From the IMG/VR virus record IMGVR_UViG_2636415703_000001, positions 30,143 to 94,142 of that record: 64,000 bases of DNA, one strand, 5' to 3'. Below are positions 8,245 through 17,790 of this stretch, one piece after another. Source of the DNA: a virus. Its lineage: Duplodnaviria > Caudoviricetes. How positions within the stretch are numbered: the stretch's first letter is position 1; each line of letters begins with the position of its first letter. The notes under the pieces were generated by a model. It was given only the letters and a program-made list of their open reading frames with translations. It ran no database searches and had not been told where the DNA came from. The position numbers were made by a program, and so were the translations under genes.

Positions 8245-10394
8245 GCGGCCACCCCATTACGCTGCACGGCCACCAGCAGATCGCTCAGGTGCTGCACGGC
8301 GTCATTGACCAGGGACTCGTTTTCATCGAACACGCCCGCGGCCGTCAGTGCCGCAATAGCCTCGCGGACCTGATTACGGCCAGCGCGGATCACGTCCATA
8401 TCGTCAGTATTGAGTGAGGTCAGCCCTCGGAGATAATCGATAGCCTTCTTCGCTTCAGTATCTGCTTCCGGCATTGGCTCCGGCTGTGGCTCCAGCTGGG
8501 GCTCTGGCTCAGCGGTACTCAGTTCCTCCACCAGCGGGATACGCTTGCCAGTGACCATCGCCGCCTCTACTGCCTTCAGATACTCAGGACTCTGATTAGC
8601 CGCGACGTAATCAGCCGCCTGCTTTAACTGCTCACTGCCGTAGCCCAGTGCTTCAGCCCAGGCATTAACCAGGTCAGACGCCCAGCCCACCAGGTCGCCC
8701 AGGCGCTTCGCTGCTATCCAGTACGGGTCTGTCGTTTCACGATCGTCAGTCACGTCAGTTTCTTCCTGCTTTGATTCACCGGCTGCCAAGGTCTGCAATC
8801 TGGCATTGATCGCCTGATTGAAATAGTCCAGGTCCTCGCCTTCCGGGTATGCAACACCGGTCAGATTTTTGCGGGCAACCATGCGCACCTGTTTGGCGTA
8901 AGTGTCCTGATCTTCAGCAGACATTTTCAGATACTGCGCAGCGTAATCGCTCATCTTGTCGGCCACGGTAACGGCCAGCGTATCGAGGTCCGCATGCGTC
9001 GGGATCAGCTTCAGCTCAAAGTCGGCAATCTCTTTGTCGGTCAGCGGACGGTCGTAGAAAATAATGCCGTTGCGCGCAACGCCGCTGTACGGCTGGCCCG
9101 CTGCTGGCTGGTCTGCGACGGAGGCATAGTCTGGCGGTACCGCGCCAACACCCACGGGACGGTTTACCAGCGCATAACGCCAGACGGCTACTGGTGTGAC
9201 AGGTTCTGGCTGCGGCTGCGGCTCTGGTTCAGATTGCGGCTGTGGTGTGGGCTCTGCCGTCGCTGTAGCAACGCGATATGGCTGTGCCGCGCCGGTGCGG
9301 TAGGCCTTCAGCAGTTTGGTCGCCGCTTTACCCATGTCTGCGACCTGGCTGGATTTGGACGGCATTTCATACGTGGTGCCGTCCTGCTCAGTGATGATCA
9401 CTTTGCCCTCCAGGTCACCGTTCAGGTCATAGCTGTGATAGCGGACCGTCGCGCCGTTGCTCAGCGTCGCCTGTCCGTCTATGTTCATGCGTGCCTTCAC
9501 CTGAATAGTGCGATCGCTGAAAGTGTCCGTATTTTCAGGCTGACTGGCTTTCGCCTGCTGTAGCGCCGCCAGCTGGTCGGTAAGGTCGGCATTTATCTGA
9601 CGTTGCGCCGCGACTTTGCCACGCAGCGTCTGCTCGTTGTCCTGCTGCATCTGCACGCGTGCGGTCTGTGCGTCCACCACTTCCAGCAGTGCAGACTGCT
9701 GCTCTGCCAGCTTGTCGGTTTCCGCCTGGGTAGTTTCCACTTCGGCGCGCAATTTTGTCTGTGCGTCTTTCTGCTTAGTGAACTTGCCGCTGTTCTTCTC
9801 GATCAGGTTGGAAAGCGCCTGTGTTACCTGCTGCAGAGACACATCCCGTCCGCCAATCGGGGCCACGATGTGTGTCACGTCTCGCTTGTTGATCAGGAAC
9901 TGAAACGCCACCAGCGTATCTTGATTGCTGATCTTGCCGTTGTCTGCGGTCGGTGAGTGAAACACCAGCGACACACTCTGCCCGTCAGATAATGGGATCA
10001 GCGCACTCAAAACCGGTATGCTGGCCACACGGCGTACTTTGCCAATTACCGCGCCGCCCACGGTTTTCTGCCCGGACGTATCCGCGCCTGCATCGTCTGT
10101 TCCGGCGCTGATATTGGTCCCGTTAAGGCCACGGTTTAAAGCCTTCACAAAGGCGCGCATTGTCTGCGCCAGGCGCATGCGCTCGGTGCTGATTGCTTCA
10201 AACATTGCACCCGGCACCAGGCTTTCATCCCCCAGGTAGGTGTGATCAATGTCGTCGATAGTGACGCTTTCCAGCATCATATCTGCGCTGCTGCCGGTCA
10301 TCAGGCCGTCGTAAACCGCCTGCGCCAGTACTGCGCCCGGTGTGCGGCTCTGGAGGTCCAGCACCATACGATTGCTTAAAATCTCATTCATCAT
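8241..10394 (-). CDS. darA: Defence against restriction protein A
   Basis: LSDGQSVSLVFHSP..NKRDVTHIVAP (DarA_N) and YALVNRPVGVGAVP..YDRPLT (DarA_C) motifs. Confidence 0.85.
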   Translation of the reverse strand: MMNEILSNRMVLDLQSRTPGAVLAQAVYDGLMTGSSADMMLESVTIDDIDHTYLGDESLVPGAMFEAISTERMRLAQTMRAFVKALNRGLNGTNISAGTDDAGADTSGQKTVGGAVIGKVRRVASIPVLSALIPLSDGQSVSLVFHSPTADNGKISNQDTLVAFQFLINKRDVTHIVAPIGGRDVSLQQVTQALSNLIEKNSGKFTKQKDAQTKLRAEVETTQAETDKLAEQQSALLEVVDAQTARVQMQQDNEQTLRGKVAAQRQINADLTDQLAALQQAKASQPENTDTFSDRTIQVKARMNIDGQATLSNGATVRYHSYDLNGDLEGKVIITEQDGTTYEMPSKSSQVADMGKAATKLLKAYRTGAAQPYRVATATAEPTPQPQSEPEPQPQPEPVTPVAVWRYALVNRPVGVGAVPPDYASVADQPAAGQPYSGVARNGIIFYDRPLTDKEIADFELKLIPTHADLDTLAVTVADKMSDYAAQYLKMSAEDQDTYAKQVRMVARKNLTGVAYPEGEDLDYFNQAINARLQTLAAGESKQEETDVTDDRETTDPYWIAAKRLGDLVGWASDLVNAWAEALGYGSEQLKQAADYVAANQSPEYLKAVEAAMVTGKRIPLVEELSTAEPEPQLEPQPEPMPEADTEAKKAIDYLRGLTSLNTDDMDVIRAGRNQVREAIAALTAAGVFDENESLVNDAVQHLSDLLVAVQRNGVAA

Positions 10395-11008
10395 GCTGCC
10401 TCTTCCAGTTGGGCGATCTGCTCTTTCAGCTGGCGGGTAATCGCCTGCTCCTGATTAAGCTCGGTCTGTAAGCTGTCGGCGTTTTTTTGTGCCGCGTCGG
10501 CATCCCGTGTCAGCTGGTCCGCCTTCGCCTGGGTTTCCGCGATCCCCGCTTTGTAGGCGTCACGCTGCTGGCGCACTTCAGCCAGCATCTGCACCGATGA
10601 TTTCACGCCGCGTTTTGGCTGCGGTGAGTCGTCTTTACTTGCAGCAGCGCGTGCCATCTTGCGAGCCAACACCTTCTGAAATGCCGTTGAGCCTTTCTTA
10701 AATAGCGCGGCCAGCTGGCGCCCCAGGTCGGGGATAGTGGTGACATGGGTAAAAGGCACGTTTTTGCCATTCAGCTTCAGGCCGGAAATATCGCCGCTGT
10801 CGTTGACCTGCACGGTCATAACCTGCTCGTCCATGCCCGTCAGGTTGAAGGTTTTAGTGAAAACGCCATCCTTTTTCCGGGCTGTGCCGGCGGCGGTAAT
10901 TTTGGCTACTTCAAAGCCGCTGGTGGCGATCGCCTTTTTCAGCTTCGCCAGGCCTTTCTCGTTGAGTTCGTCAAAGCTCAAAAGGACGTAGGTTTTAGGA
11001 TTCGACAC
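10391..11008 (-). CDS. hdf: Hdf (homologue of DarA fragment)
   Basis: 205 aa with VNDSGDISGLKLNGK and a C-terminal coiled coil; lies between lydB and darA. Confidence 0.75.
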   Translation of the reverse strand: MSNPKTYVLLSFDELNEKGLAKLKKAIATSGFEVAKITAAGTARKKDGVFTKTFNLTGMDEQVMTVQVNDSGDISGLKLNGKNVPFTHVTTIPDLGRQLAALFKKGSTAFQKVLARKMARAAASKDDSPQPKRGVKSSVQMLAEVRQQRDAYKAGIAETQAKADQLTRDADAAQKNADSLQTELNQEQAITRQLKEQIAQLEEAA

Positions 11009-11450
11009 GGAATGCCCCCTGCTCTGACTTGCTCAGCTGGTAGGTTCGGGTGACGGTATCTTGCAGCGGGAAAATGCGATAAAGCGGATTCAGGCGGCTG
11101 TTACCGTGAGTGACGCGCACTGTCAGTGACCACTCGCCAGGTTCCAGATAGCGGGTGTCGATCAGCAGAAATTCTTCGCTCACGCCTTTTGGTGAGAGGT
11201 CCAGCGTGCGTTGCTTGCCTGAAATGACCACTGTTGGATCGTTACTGTCGCGAAGCCAGTACTCAATTTTGGCTCCCGCAAGTTTCCCCACGCAGGCAAT
11301 GCTCAGGCGGACCGGAAATGCCAGCGCGTTACCGCGCACGGTGGCCGCACCACATCCAAGTAAAGACACTTTTTTGCGGGCAAAGGCACAGCGATCGACA
11401 ACCATTGCCGCCGCCATCGCTGTGATAAACAGGTTCTGGTAATCAATCAT
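10995..11450 (-). CDS. lydB: Antiholin LydB-like
   Basis: 151 aa, N-terminal hydrophobic stretch, P1 synteny. Confidence 0.6.
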   Translation of the reverse strand: MIDYQNLFITAMAAAMVVDRCAFARKKVSLLGCGAATVRGNALAFPVRLSIACVGKLAGAKIEYWLRDSNDPTVVISGKQRTLDLSPKGVSEEFLLIDTRYLEPGEWSLTVRVTHGNSRLNPLYRIFPLQDTVTRTYQLSKSEQGAFRVES

Positions 11451-11764
11451 GGGCCGGAGCCTCCTTTTGACCCAAATACGCCGTTTATTGCCGCAATGAG
11501 TCGTTCTTTAAACACAGTTGAGAGTTCACGCCAGTTGTTGCTTGCAACCAACACGGCGAGGTAAATCACGATTTCGTCCAGTCCTTGCTGTCGCGCAAAA
11601 AAGTAAGCAGTCAGTCCGGTAATCAGCGCCAGCACCAGCTCAGTGATGAAATTGAACACGTTCGGTTTGATTCGGTATTCGCGTACTCCCAGCAGAAATA
11701 CGCCTGTGCCGCTTAGCAAAGACAGGAGAAGCGAAACCGCGAGCATTTTTTCTACATCGGTCAC
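11447..11764 (-). CDS. lydA: Holin LydA-like
   Basis: 105 aa with three hydrophobic segments; GTG start with a G-rich SD; first gene after the late promoter. Confidence 0.7.
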   Translation of the reverse strand: MTDVEKMLAVSLLLSLLSGTGVFLLGVREYRIKPNVFNFITELVLALITGLTAYFFARQQGLDEIVIYLAVLVASNNWRELSTVFKERLIAAINGVFGSKGGSGP

Positions 11765-11799
11765 ATACCCCCCTTAGCACCTGGTAATCAGGTGGCGAG

Positions 11800-11820
11800 A
11801 GGGTAAGGAGTCTGTAATTT
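11800..11820 (-). promoter_or_regulatory. Late promoter (lydA-dar operon)
   Basis: AAATTACA-N7-TACCCT. Confidence 0.7.
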
Positions 11821-11832
11821 AGAGAGGTAAAG

Positions 11833-11859
11833 AAAAACAGCGCCTGGGGGCGCTGTTTT
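11833..11859 (-). terminator. Terminator after the tail-fibre operon
   Basis: AAACAGCGCC-loop-GGCGCTGTTTTT. Confidence 0.7.
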
Positions 11860-11869
11860 AAGGGGGGGA

Positions 11870-12460
11870 TCAGAGTGCTGCCGGTGGTGCAGGCCAGGCA
11901 GATTCCGGCACGCTGCCAATATCTGTCTCTTTCAGCTGTCGAATATAGGCCATCCATTCCACCAGCTGCGCCTTGTCAGTGTCCGGCAGCAAGCCAAGCG
12001 CCAGCTCCGCCTGCCAGTCGCTGGTATAGGCCCGCGCTTTGGTTAATAGTGAACTTCTGGTGCGCTCCGCCATTTCCTGCAGCTCTGCGGCGGTATGCTC
12101 ATACGCCCGTACTTTGCCGTTACGGTAAGCCCACCCGCCTAATCTATCCATGCCTTCTGGAATATCGGAAGCGTCCACTTCTGCCACCCAGCAGTTGATT
12201 GGCCATAGCTTTGAAACATCCATGTCAAAGCTGACAATCCGGCCTGCTTCGTCATAGACAATCTTCATCGTGTCTGGTGAAAATAGTGCTTGAGATTCAT
12301 ACCAGTCCTGACCGCTTTTGCACCGAACGAAAATAATATTCATGTCAGTGAGCGACTGTATCTTAGCGGCCTGCTCTTTTTCTTCGTCAGTGGAAGATTC
12401 ATTAATGGCCGGTATATCCGGCGTATATTTTTTAAAAGGTCCGAAATTTAACATGTTCAT
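11870..12460 (-). CDS. Tail fibre assembly chaperone (gpU/Tfa family)
   Basis: GQDWYESQ..TMKIVYD and C-terminal L.EW..Y...L......WP.PP motif. Confidence 0.85.
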   Translation of the reverse strand: MNMLNFGPFKKYTPDIPAINESSTDEEKEQAAKIQSLTDMNIIFVRCKSGQDWYESQALFSPDTMKIVYDEAGRIVSFDMDVSKLWPINCWVAEVDASDIPEGMDRLGGWAYRNGKVRAYEHTAAELQEMAERTRSSLLTKARAYTSDWQAELALGLLPDTDKAQLVEWMAYIRQLKETDIGSVPESAWPAPPAAL

Positions 12461-12462
12461 CC

Positions 12463-15400
12463 TTACGCAAAGCCTGCTGTATACCAGCCACCGTTAATAC
12501 AATACTGAACACATCGCGCAGTCACGACGTCGATATATGCATCAGAGTTGTCATTCTTAGCTGAAGTTAAAACGTAGCCGCTCTCTTCAGTAAGACCGGG
12601 ACCGTTCCAGGATGTTGCCTGTTTAAAACCAGCAAATCTGACGCCCGTAACAAATCTATTAAGCAAAAAATTTGAGAGATATCCACCCCATATAGAACCA
12701 GAGAGATTTCCATCCGGATGTATAATTACCGCTCCATTACCGCAGCGTAAGTAGTTCTGAGCAATGACATCGCCAGCTGAATTAATGTTTGCGTTTACAG
12801 TTAAGTTGCCACCGATGCCCACATTATGGGACATATTAACGTTGCCATTAGTGCCGCTGAAACTGAACGGTCTGAGGCCGTTATAACCGCCATCGGGATC
12901 GTTCTGGTTTGTGACCAGCATGTAATAGTTTGCGCCATCGAATCTGTGGATCATACCGATGCCGTTACCGCCGGGCGGACGTATACGCAGGCCGTTTGCA
13001 TCTTCGGTGACAAATCGTCCGTAGGCGTAAATCTGATTGGGACTTAAGCGAAATGTCAGCGCATTATTTGCATAAAAATCAAGAATGCCATCCCCAGGGC
13101 AAACAAAACCTGTATCTGCGTCTCCAATATTGATAGACGCACTGGTGCTTGCAAAAACTCCTGTACCCTGATTACCTATGCAAAAACGAGTAGAAGTGAA
13201 GATGAGGCCGCGAGAATAAACAGCGTCTTCGAAGTGCGCATCTTTATCGACAACCAGCTGTCCCTGAATATGCGACTTCGCACCAATATTCAGAAGACCG
13301 GCAACAATATTCATTGTTGCCTGACCTATTATAGTTGCATTGGTCGGGTCAACCAGAATACGAGCGTCGTAGTCATTTAACTGCGAAGTCGATGAATTAA
13401 AGTCAATATATGGATTCGCTGAAATTAGACTGACCTGATTCCTGAACTCCGCAGATCCTTTAACTCGTAGCGAGTCAGTTACTTCTGCTGCCCCTCTGAC
13501 AGACAATGCCACGTAGCTATCTGGAATGCTTATATCCGCACCGCCAATGATCGTCTGACCGCGCATGTAATTTGGCGCGGTTCCCTGCATAAACAGGTTC
13601 CAGCGGCTTAATCCACTACGTGCTGCCTGACGGCCTTCAAAAGCATAGGCTGTTGCAATACTGGCACTCGTTTTGTCATAAGAGCGGAAGGAGGTCAAAA
13701 GCGAGACTGCCGCATTGGTGTTTACAACGCTGCTGTTGCCCCAGAACTCTACCAGATCAGCTACAGTCTGCCCGGTATTACCATCACCTACTGATAGTTC
13801 TACTCCGAAGCCAATACCGAGCGTTTTTGCGTCTGCGCCAATATTTGCATAAGCCATCGCAGCGATTTGCGTCGAACCGGACATATTGCCTTTGCCGGGT
13901 GCTGAGTTCCCGATTGTCAGCATGCGGCTTGTGCTGTCACTCCCGCCACCAAGTGCAAGGTGGCCTTTATCGCTGAAAAGCGCGATGTTCTGGTTCCATG
14001 TTACGCCGTTATTCCGGTTGTCCACATCGAGGCGCAGGCTGCTACCCTCGCCTCTCAGGCGGAAGCCCGCTGCGTCTGCGTCACGATCGATGAGGGTGAC
14101 AGTAGGTGCAAAGCTGTTAACCGTTATCCCCTGAGTGCCGTCACTGCTGCTGCCCGTTACCACCAGCGCGGCATTGGTCAGATCGCCTACAGCAGTTGCT
14201 CCTTTAGCCAGCACGTTTACCGGACCGGTAAAGTCTGCTCCGGCTGCGACCGTCAGGTTGCCGCCGACCGTAGCATTATTGCGGAGTTTCATCGTTGAAA
14301 CGTTGGTTTCACCAGTGCCATCACCCGCCAGGGTCAGCCATGTACCGGGAATAGAATTACCCCATGTCACGGCGTCGTTATTGTCTGTGGACTGACCAAA
14401 GTACCAGTGCAGCGTGTCATCTGACTTTCGCCCACGCATGTAATAGGCTTTATCTTTAGTTGCTGGCCGGAGTTGTAACGCCGCAACGTCAGAGGTAAAG
14501 GATCCGGCACCATCAGACGACAGGCCACCACCACCAGTGATAGCCAGCCCACCAACCCCCTGCAGCGTGGCTAAGCCGTCTCCGCCGTTTAGAGCGAGAC
14601 GTGCAGTAATTACGCCGGTTGACGAGCGCGCATCTACTACAATTTTTCCACCGCCATGAGTCATATTGGTAGTGGTAATGCCACCGAGGATCCTGCCGCT
14701 CCAGGCATCACCACTTAATGCCGCGACCCGACCAACGATCTGCATCACGTCCGTTTCATAGGTCGGCGGCTTATCACCCAGTTGATCAGTTCGTAAAAAC
14801 GTCATCGACGGAACGGAGGGTTCAGAACGAATTACTCCAATACGATATCCGGCACTGATTTGAGAGCCAACTTCCAGATTTTTTGAGACTGTCAGCTTTG
14901 GCGTGTTGATGTTTGTCAGCTTGCTGGTACTGGTAATATCGTCGTTATCGCCCGCCTTTGCTGCGCCCGCCTTTACCAGATCAGCCAGTGTCATGCTGGC
15001 GCTGTCCATGACCTTTCGCCAGCCGTTGTTGTCCGCGCCAGCTGACTGCCCGGACCACGCCCAGTCGCCTGAAACTTTGGCGGCCAGCCGCAGATACATC
15101 ACACCACCCTGCGCCACCAGCAGCTGCAGGAGTGCAGCGTCGGCATCATATTTCCGGCGCATATTGAATAGCTGGCCGCGCAGCGTCTGCGTGGTTTTGC
15201 CAAGATCAATCGGGCCATCACTGAAGGTCCCACTCAGCGTCCAGAAGGCATTCTGCTCTGTCACTGATACATCGGCCAGTAAGGTGATTTTGCTGTCGAG
15301 TACCAGCGACGGCGCGCCTACTCCAAATGCACCTACGGCCATCAGCGCACCTGGCGTCATATCCAGAGGGCTGGTCTGCTGATCTGCCTGTGCGGCGGTA

Positions 15401-16185
15401 CCCAGACCGAGGTGTTTCCGCGCCTCCGGCACATCCGGAATATCAGCCAGATTCTCACTGGCGACCAGCTGCTTCTCATTGACCAGCTGATCCAGCTCGA
15501 TGTTTTTTCGGAACATCGCTTTGTCATGAATATCCGAGCCGTTATTGGCAATGACCATGTTGTTATCAATCATGCCTTTGAGGATTTTTAGCCCTTTCAG
15601 GTTGGCCGCAATCAGCTCGTCGTCACTGGTATAGATGGAATCCAGCGTGATCCCGACCTGCCGGTTAATGCGGTAGTTGGTGACGATCATCGCCTGCGTG
15701 ACCTGCGTGGTGTCGGTTGGCACCAGCACGCGGCAGAGCTCCAGCTGGTTCGGCTTCAGCGCAACAGAGATATCCTGCGAAAAAACGCGTGCAGCCTCAA
15801 CCGTGGAGGTGATATCAACCTGGTCAGTCTTAACGCCCAGCTTGTAATTTGCCTCCAGCACAATACGGGTGGTTTTGCCCGCCACGACCGGCAGCGTCAG
15901 ATCGGCCAGGTGCTGAACGGTGATCTGATGTGCGTTCACATCAATCGAGGCTGCGCCCTGTCCGCCTTCCGCCCCTTTTGAGGTAACGACAACATTCAGC
16001 CCGGAACCGGCGACCGGCGAGAAGCCCAGGTAAAAGCCGGATCGCACTATGCCTTTCAGTTTTCTGTTCAGCGCGGAACTGGTGTAGGTCTCCAGATACT
16101 GCATATCCGCCGACAGCGGCGCGGTGCCGTATGCCTTGCCCGCCATAACGCCGATATCGGTAATTTCGTTACTGCTCATGTGCAT
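12463..16185 (-). CDS. Tail fibre protein (P1 gpS-like N-terminus)
   Basis: N-terminal ADMQYLETYTSSALNRKLKGIV typical of P1 S; Gly-rich modular fibre body. Confidence 0.85.
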   Translation of the reverse strand: MHMSSNEITDIGVMAGKAYGTAPLSADMQYLETYTSSALNRKLKGIVRSGFYLGFSPVAGSGLNVVVTSKGAEGGQGAASIDVNAHQITVQHLADLTLPVVAGKTTRIVLEANYKLGVKTDQVDITSTVEAARVFSQDISVALKPNQLELCRVLVPTDTTQVTQAMIVTNYRINRQVGITLDSIYTSDDELIAANLKGLKILKGMIDNNMVIANNGSDIHDKAMFRKNIELDQLVNEKQLVASENLADIPDVPEARKHLGLGTAAQADQQTSPLDMTPGALMAVGAFGVGAPSLVLDSKITLLADVSVTEQNAFWTLSGTFSDGPIDLGKTTQTLRGQLFNMRRKYDADAALLQLLVAQGGVMYLRLAAKVSGDWAWSGQSAGADNNGWRKVMDSASMTLADLVKAGAAKAGDNDDITSTSKLTNINTPKLTVSKNLEVGSQISAGYRIGVIRSEPSVPSMTFLRTDQLGDKPPTYETDVMQIVGRVAALSGDAWSGRILGGITTTNMTHGGGKIVVDARSSTGVITARLALNGGDGLATLQGVGGLAITGGGGLSSDGAGSFTSDVAALQLRPATKDKAYYMRGRKSDDTLHWYFGQSTDNNDAVTWGNSIPGTWLTLAGDGTGETNVSTMKLRNNATVGGNLTVAAGADFTGPVNVLAKGATAVGDLTNAALVVTGSSSDGTQGITVNSFAPTVTLIDRDADAAGFRLRGEGSSLRLDVDNRNNGVTWNQNIALFSDKGHLALGGGSDSTSRMLTIGNSAPGKGNMSGSTQIAAMAYANIGADAKTLGIGFGVELSVGDGNTGQTVADLVEFWGNSSVVNTNAAVSLLTSFRSYDKTSASIATAYAFEGRQAARSGLSRWNLFMQGTAPNYMRGQTIIGGADISIPDSYVALSVRGAAEVTDSLRVKGSAEFRNQVSLISANPYIDFNSSTSQLNDYDARILVDPTNATIIGQATMNIVAGLLNIGAKSHIQGQLVVDKDAHFEDAVYSRGLIFTSTRFCIGNQGTGVFASTSASINIGDADTGFVCPGDGILDFYANNALTFRLSPNQIYAYGRFVTEDANGLRIRPPGGNGIGMIHRFDGANYYMLVTNQNDPDGGYNGLRPFSFSGTNGNVNMSHNVGIGGNLTVNANINSAGDVIAQNYLRCGNGAVIIHPDGNLSGSIWGGYLSNFLLNRFVTGVRFAGFKQATSWNGPGLTEESGYVLTSAKNDNSDAYIDVVTARCVQYCINGGWYTAGFA

Positions 16186-16628
16186 TACGCCGTTTTCTGT
16201 TCGATGGTGACGATAAGACGGTAGGCCTTACCACGGAATACGGTGTCCTGCTGCAGACACAGCACGGCAAAAGCGTTGCCGTCCGCATCTACCAGCGTCA
16301 GCGTATTGAGGTCATAGGCTTTGCCTTCCGGTAGAATGGCTTCATCCAGCTGAATAGTGATCGAGATATCCGCGCCGGTGCTGGTGAGTACCAAAGGCGT
16401 TTCAGTGAACTTATTAGTCAGGTTGTCATTGCTGAAGGTTGAGGGAATATCCGCGATATTCCAGCCACCGGCGGCGTTGCTGCTGACCAGTGTGGACTTG
16501 CCCCAGTAGGCTTTTACCATCTGGAATCGGGAACCCTTGCCGATCGAGGATTCGGCGCGACGGATGTAGTAGTAATCCAGCAGCTTCGCCTTAAACAGCT
16601 TGCTGCTAACGGAAATAGTATCAGCCAT
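16185..16628 (-). CDS. Tail fibre attachment protein gpR-like
   Basis: KAKLLDYYYIRRAES motif; synteny; ATG at 16628 with a GAGG SD. Confidence 0.7.
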   Translation of the reverse strand: MADTISVSSKLFKAKLLDYYYIRRAESSIGKGSRFQMVKAYWGKSTLVSSNAAGGWNIADIPSTFSNDNLTNKFTETPLVLTSTGADISITIQLDEAILPEGKAYDLNTLTLVDADGNAFAVLCLQQDTVFRGKAYRLIVTIEQKTA

Positions 16629-16657
16629 AAAAAAGCCTCTCAAAGTTAAGAGGCCAG

Positions 16658-16678
16658 AGGGTATGGAGTTTGTAAAAT
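16658..16678 (-). promoter_or_regulatory. Late promoter (R-S-U)
   Basis: ATTTTACA-N7-TACCCT. Confidence 0.65.
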
Positions 16679-16689
16679 CCGATGGTCAA

Positions 16690-17781
16690 CTACGCGACAA
16701 ATTGCTCATAAAAAAGCGTGGCGATTGTGCTGGTGCCGTTGCCGTCGTCGGGCAGCGCCAGGACAAACTCTGGTGTACCGTCAAACGGAAACGCCATTAT
16801 GACGCTGCTGCCGTCCGTGCTGGTGGCTGTAATGCCCTGACTGCTGCCCTTCTGAATGCCAATGTATTGCACGCCACCTTCTGTAAATATCCGGGCGCGG
16901 CTGTCACCAGCTGCACTGGCTACATCAATCGGCGCTGGCGCGGCGTCAGGCCTTGCGAGGTAGTCATTCGTCCAGGCATCTGCGGCAAACATATCGTACC
17001 TTTCGCAGCGCCTGACCTGCCGGAGCGGCACTGCGGGAATATCGAACTGCTGCTGTGTGGCCATGTGCAGCTTTTTGATCTCCGACTGAAGATCGGCGTA
17101 TGACATTTTTGCCTGATAGTCGATACCGGCACTGATGAGCGTGATGTTCTCAGCATCAGCACTCATTTCAAACGAGATGAAGAGCGCCAAGCCGTCAAAC
17201 ACAATGTGAAGCGGCAGCAGCGGCGCAATGATACGGTCAAACTGCGTCAGCAGCTTCTGCACTGCCTGATCCTGCTCCATGTAGCCATACCTCTCGTACA
17301 ACTCATTCAGCGCCACCGAGATTTGCGCCCGTGACGTCAGGAAAAACTCGCCATATTTCGCTTCGGCAATCGCCAGGCCCTCTTTTGTAGTGAAGAAGGT
17401 GCCATAGGGTGCCAGTTCCTGATCCACGGGCGCATACAGCTCCTGCCAGCTGACCGGCAGGTTATCAAACTCACGCCAGAACGTTGAGGTGATCGGCTTA
17501 TCGGTGCCTTTAAAATGCACTTCATCCAAGCGTTGCGCCAGCAGTACAGGCCTGCTGGTGTCCGTGGTTTCAGCCACAATGAAGAATCGGCCATATTCGC
17601 CCATGCGCAGCGTCAGATCGTCCTTATCCATTGTGTAATAGCTTTTGCGGTTGGTAATGCGCTCCAGAATCGGCTCGACCGTATCCTCAAAAATACTCTG
17701 GAGGACGTTAGCAAACCCCGACCATAATTCAGAGCCCTGCTTTTCCGGTGTAAGACGGTCTTTTACCCAGTTTCTGATCAT
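16690..17781 (-). CDS. Baseplate wedge protein, P1 gp16-like
   Basis: Synteny between bplA and R; PLLPLHIVFDG motif. Confidence 0.7.
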   Translation of the reverse strand: MIRNWVKDRLTPEKQGSELWSGFANVLQSIFEDTVEPILERITNRKSYYTMDKDDLTLRMGEYGRFFIVAETTDTSRPVLLAQRLDEVHFKGTDKPITSTFWREFDNLPVSWQELYAPVDQELAPYGTFFTTKEGLAIAEAKYGEFFLTSRAQISVALNELYERYGYMEQDQAVQKLLTQFDRIIAPLLPLHIVFDGLALFISFEMSADAENITLISAGIDYQAKMSYADLQSEIKKLHMATQQQFDIPAVPLRQVRRCERYDMFAADAWTNDYLARPDAAPAPIDVASAAGDSRARIFTEGGVQYIGIQKGSSQGITATSTDGSSVIMAFPFDGTPEFVLALPDDGNGTSTIATLFYEQFVA

Positions 17782-17790
17782 GACCGTGCC

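Noticed and set aside
11765-16185. Shufflon or diversity-generating retroelement acting on the tail fibre
   Set aside because: No invertase, reverse transcriptase, duplicate fibre end or template repeat seen.
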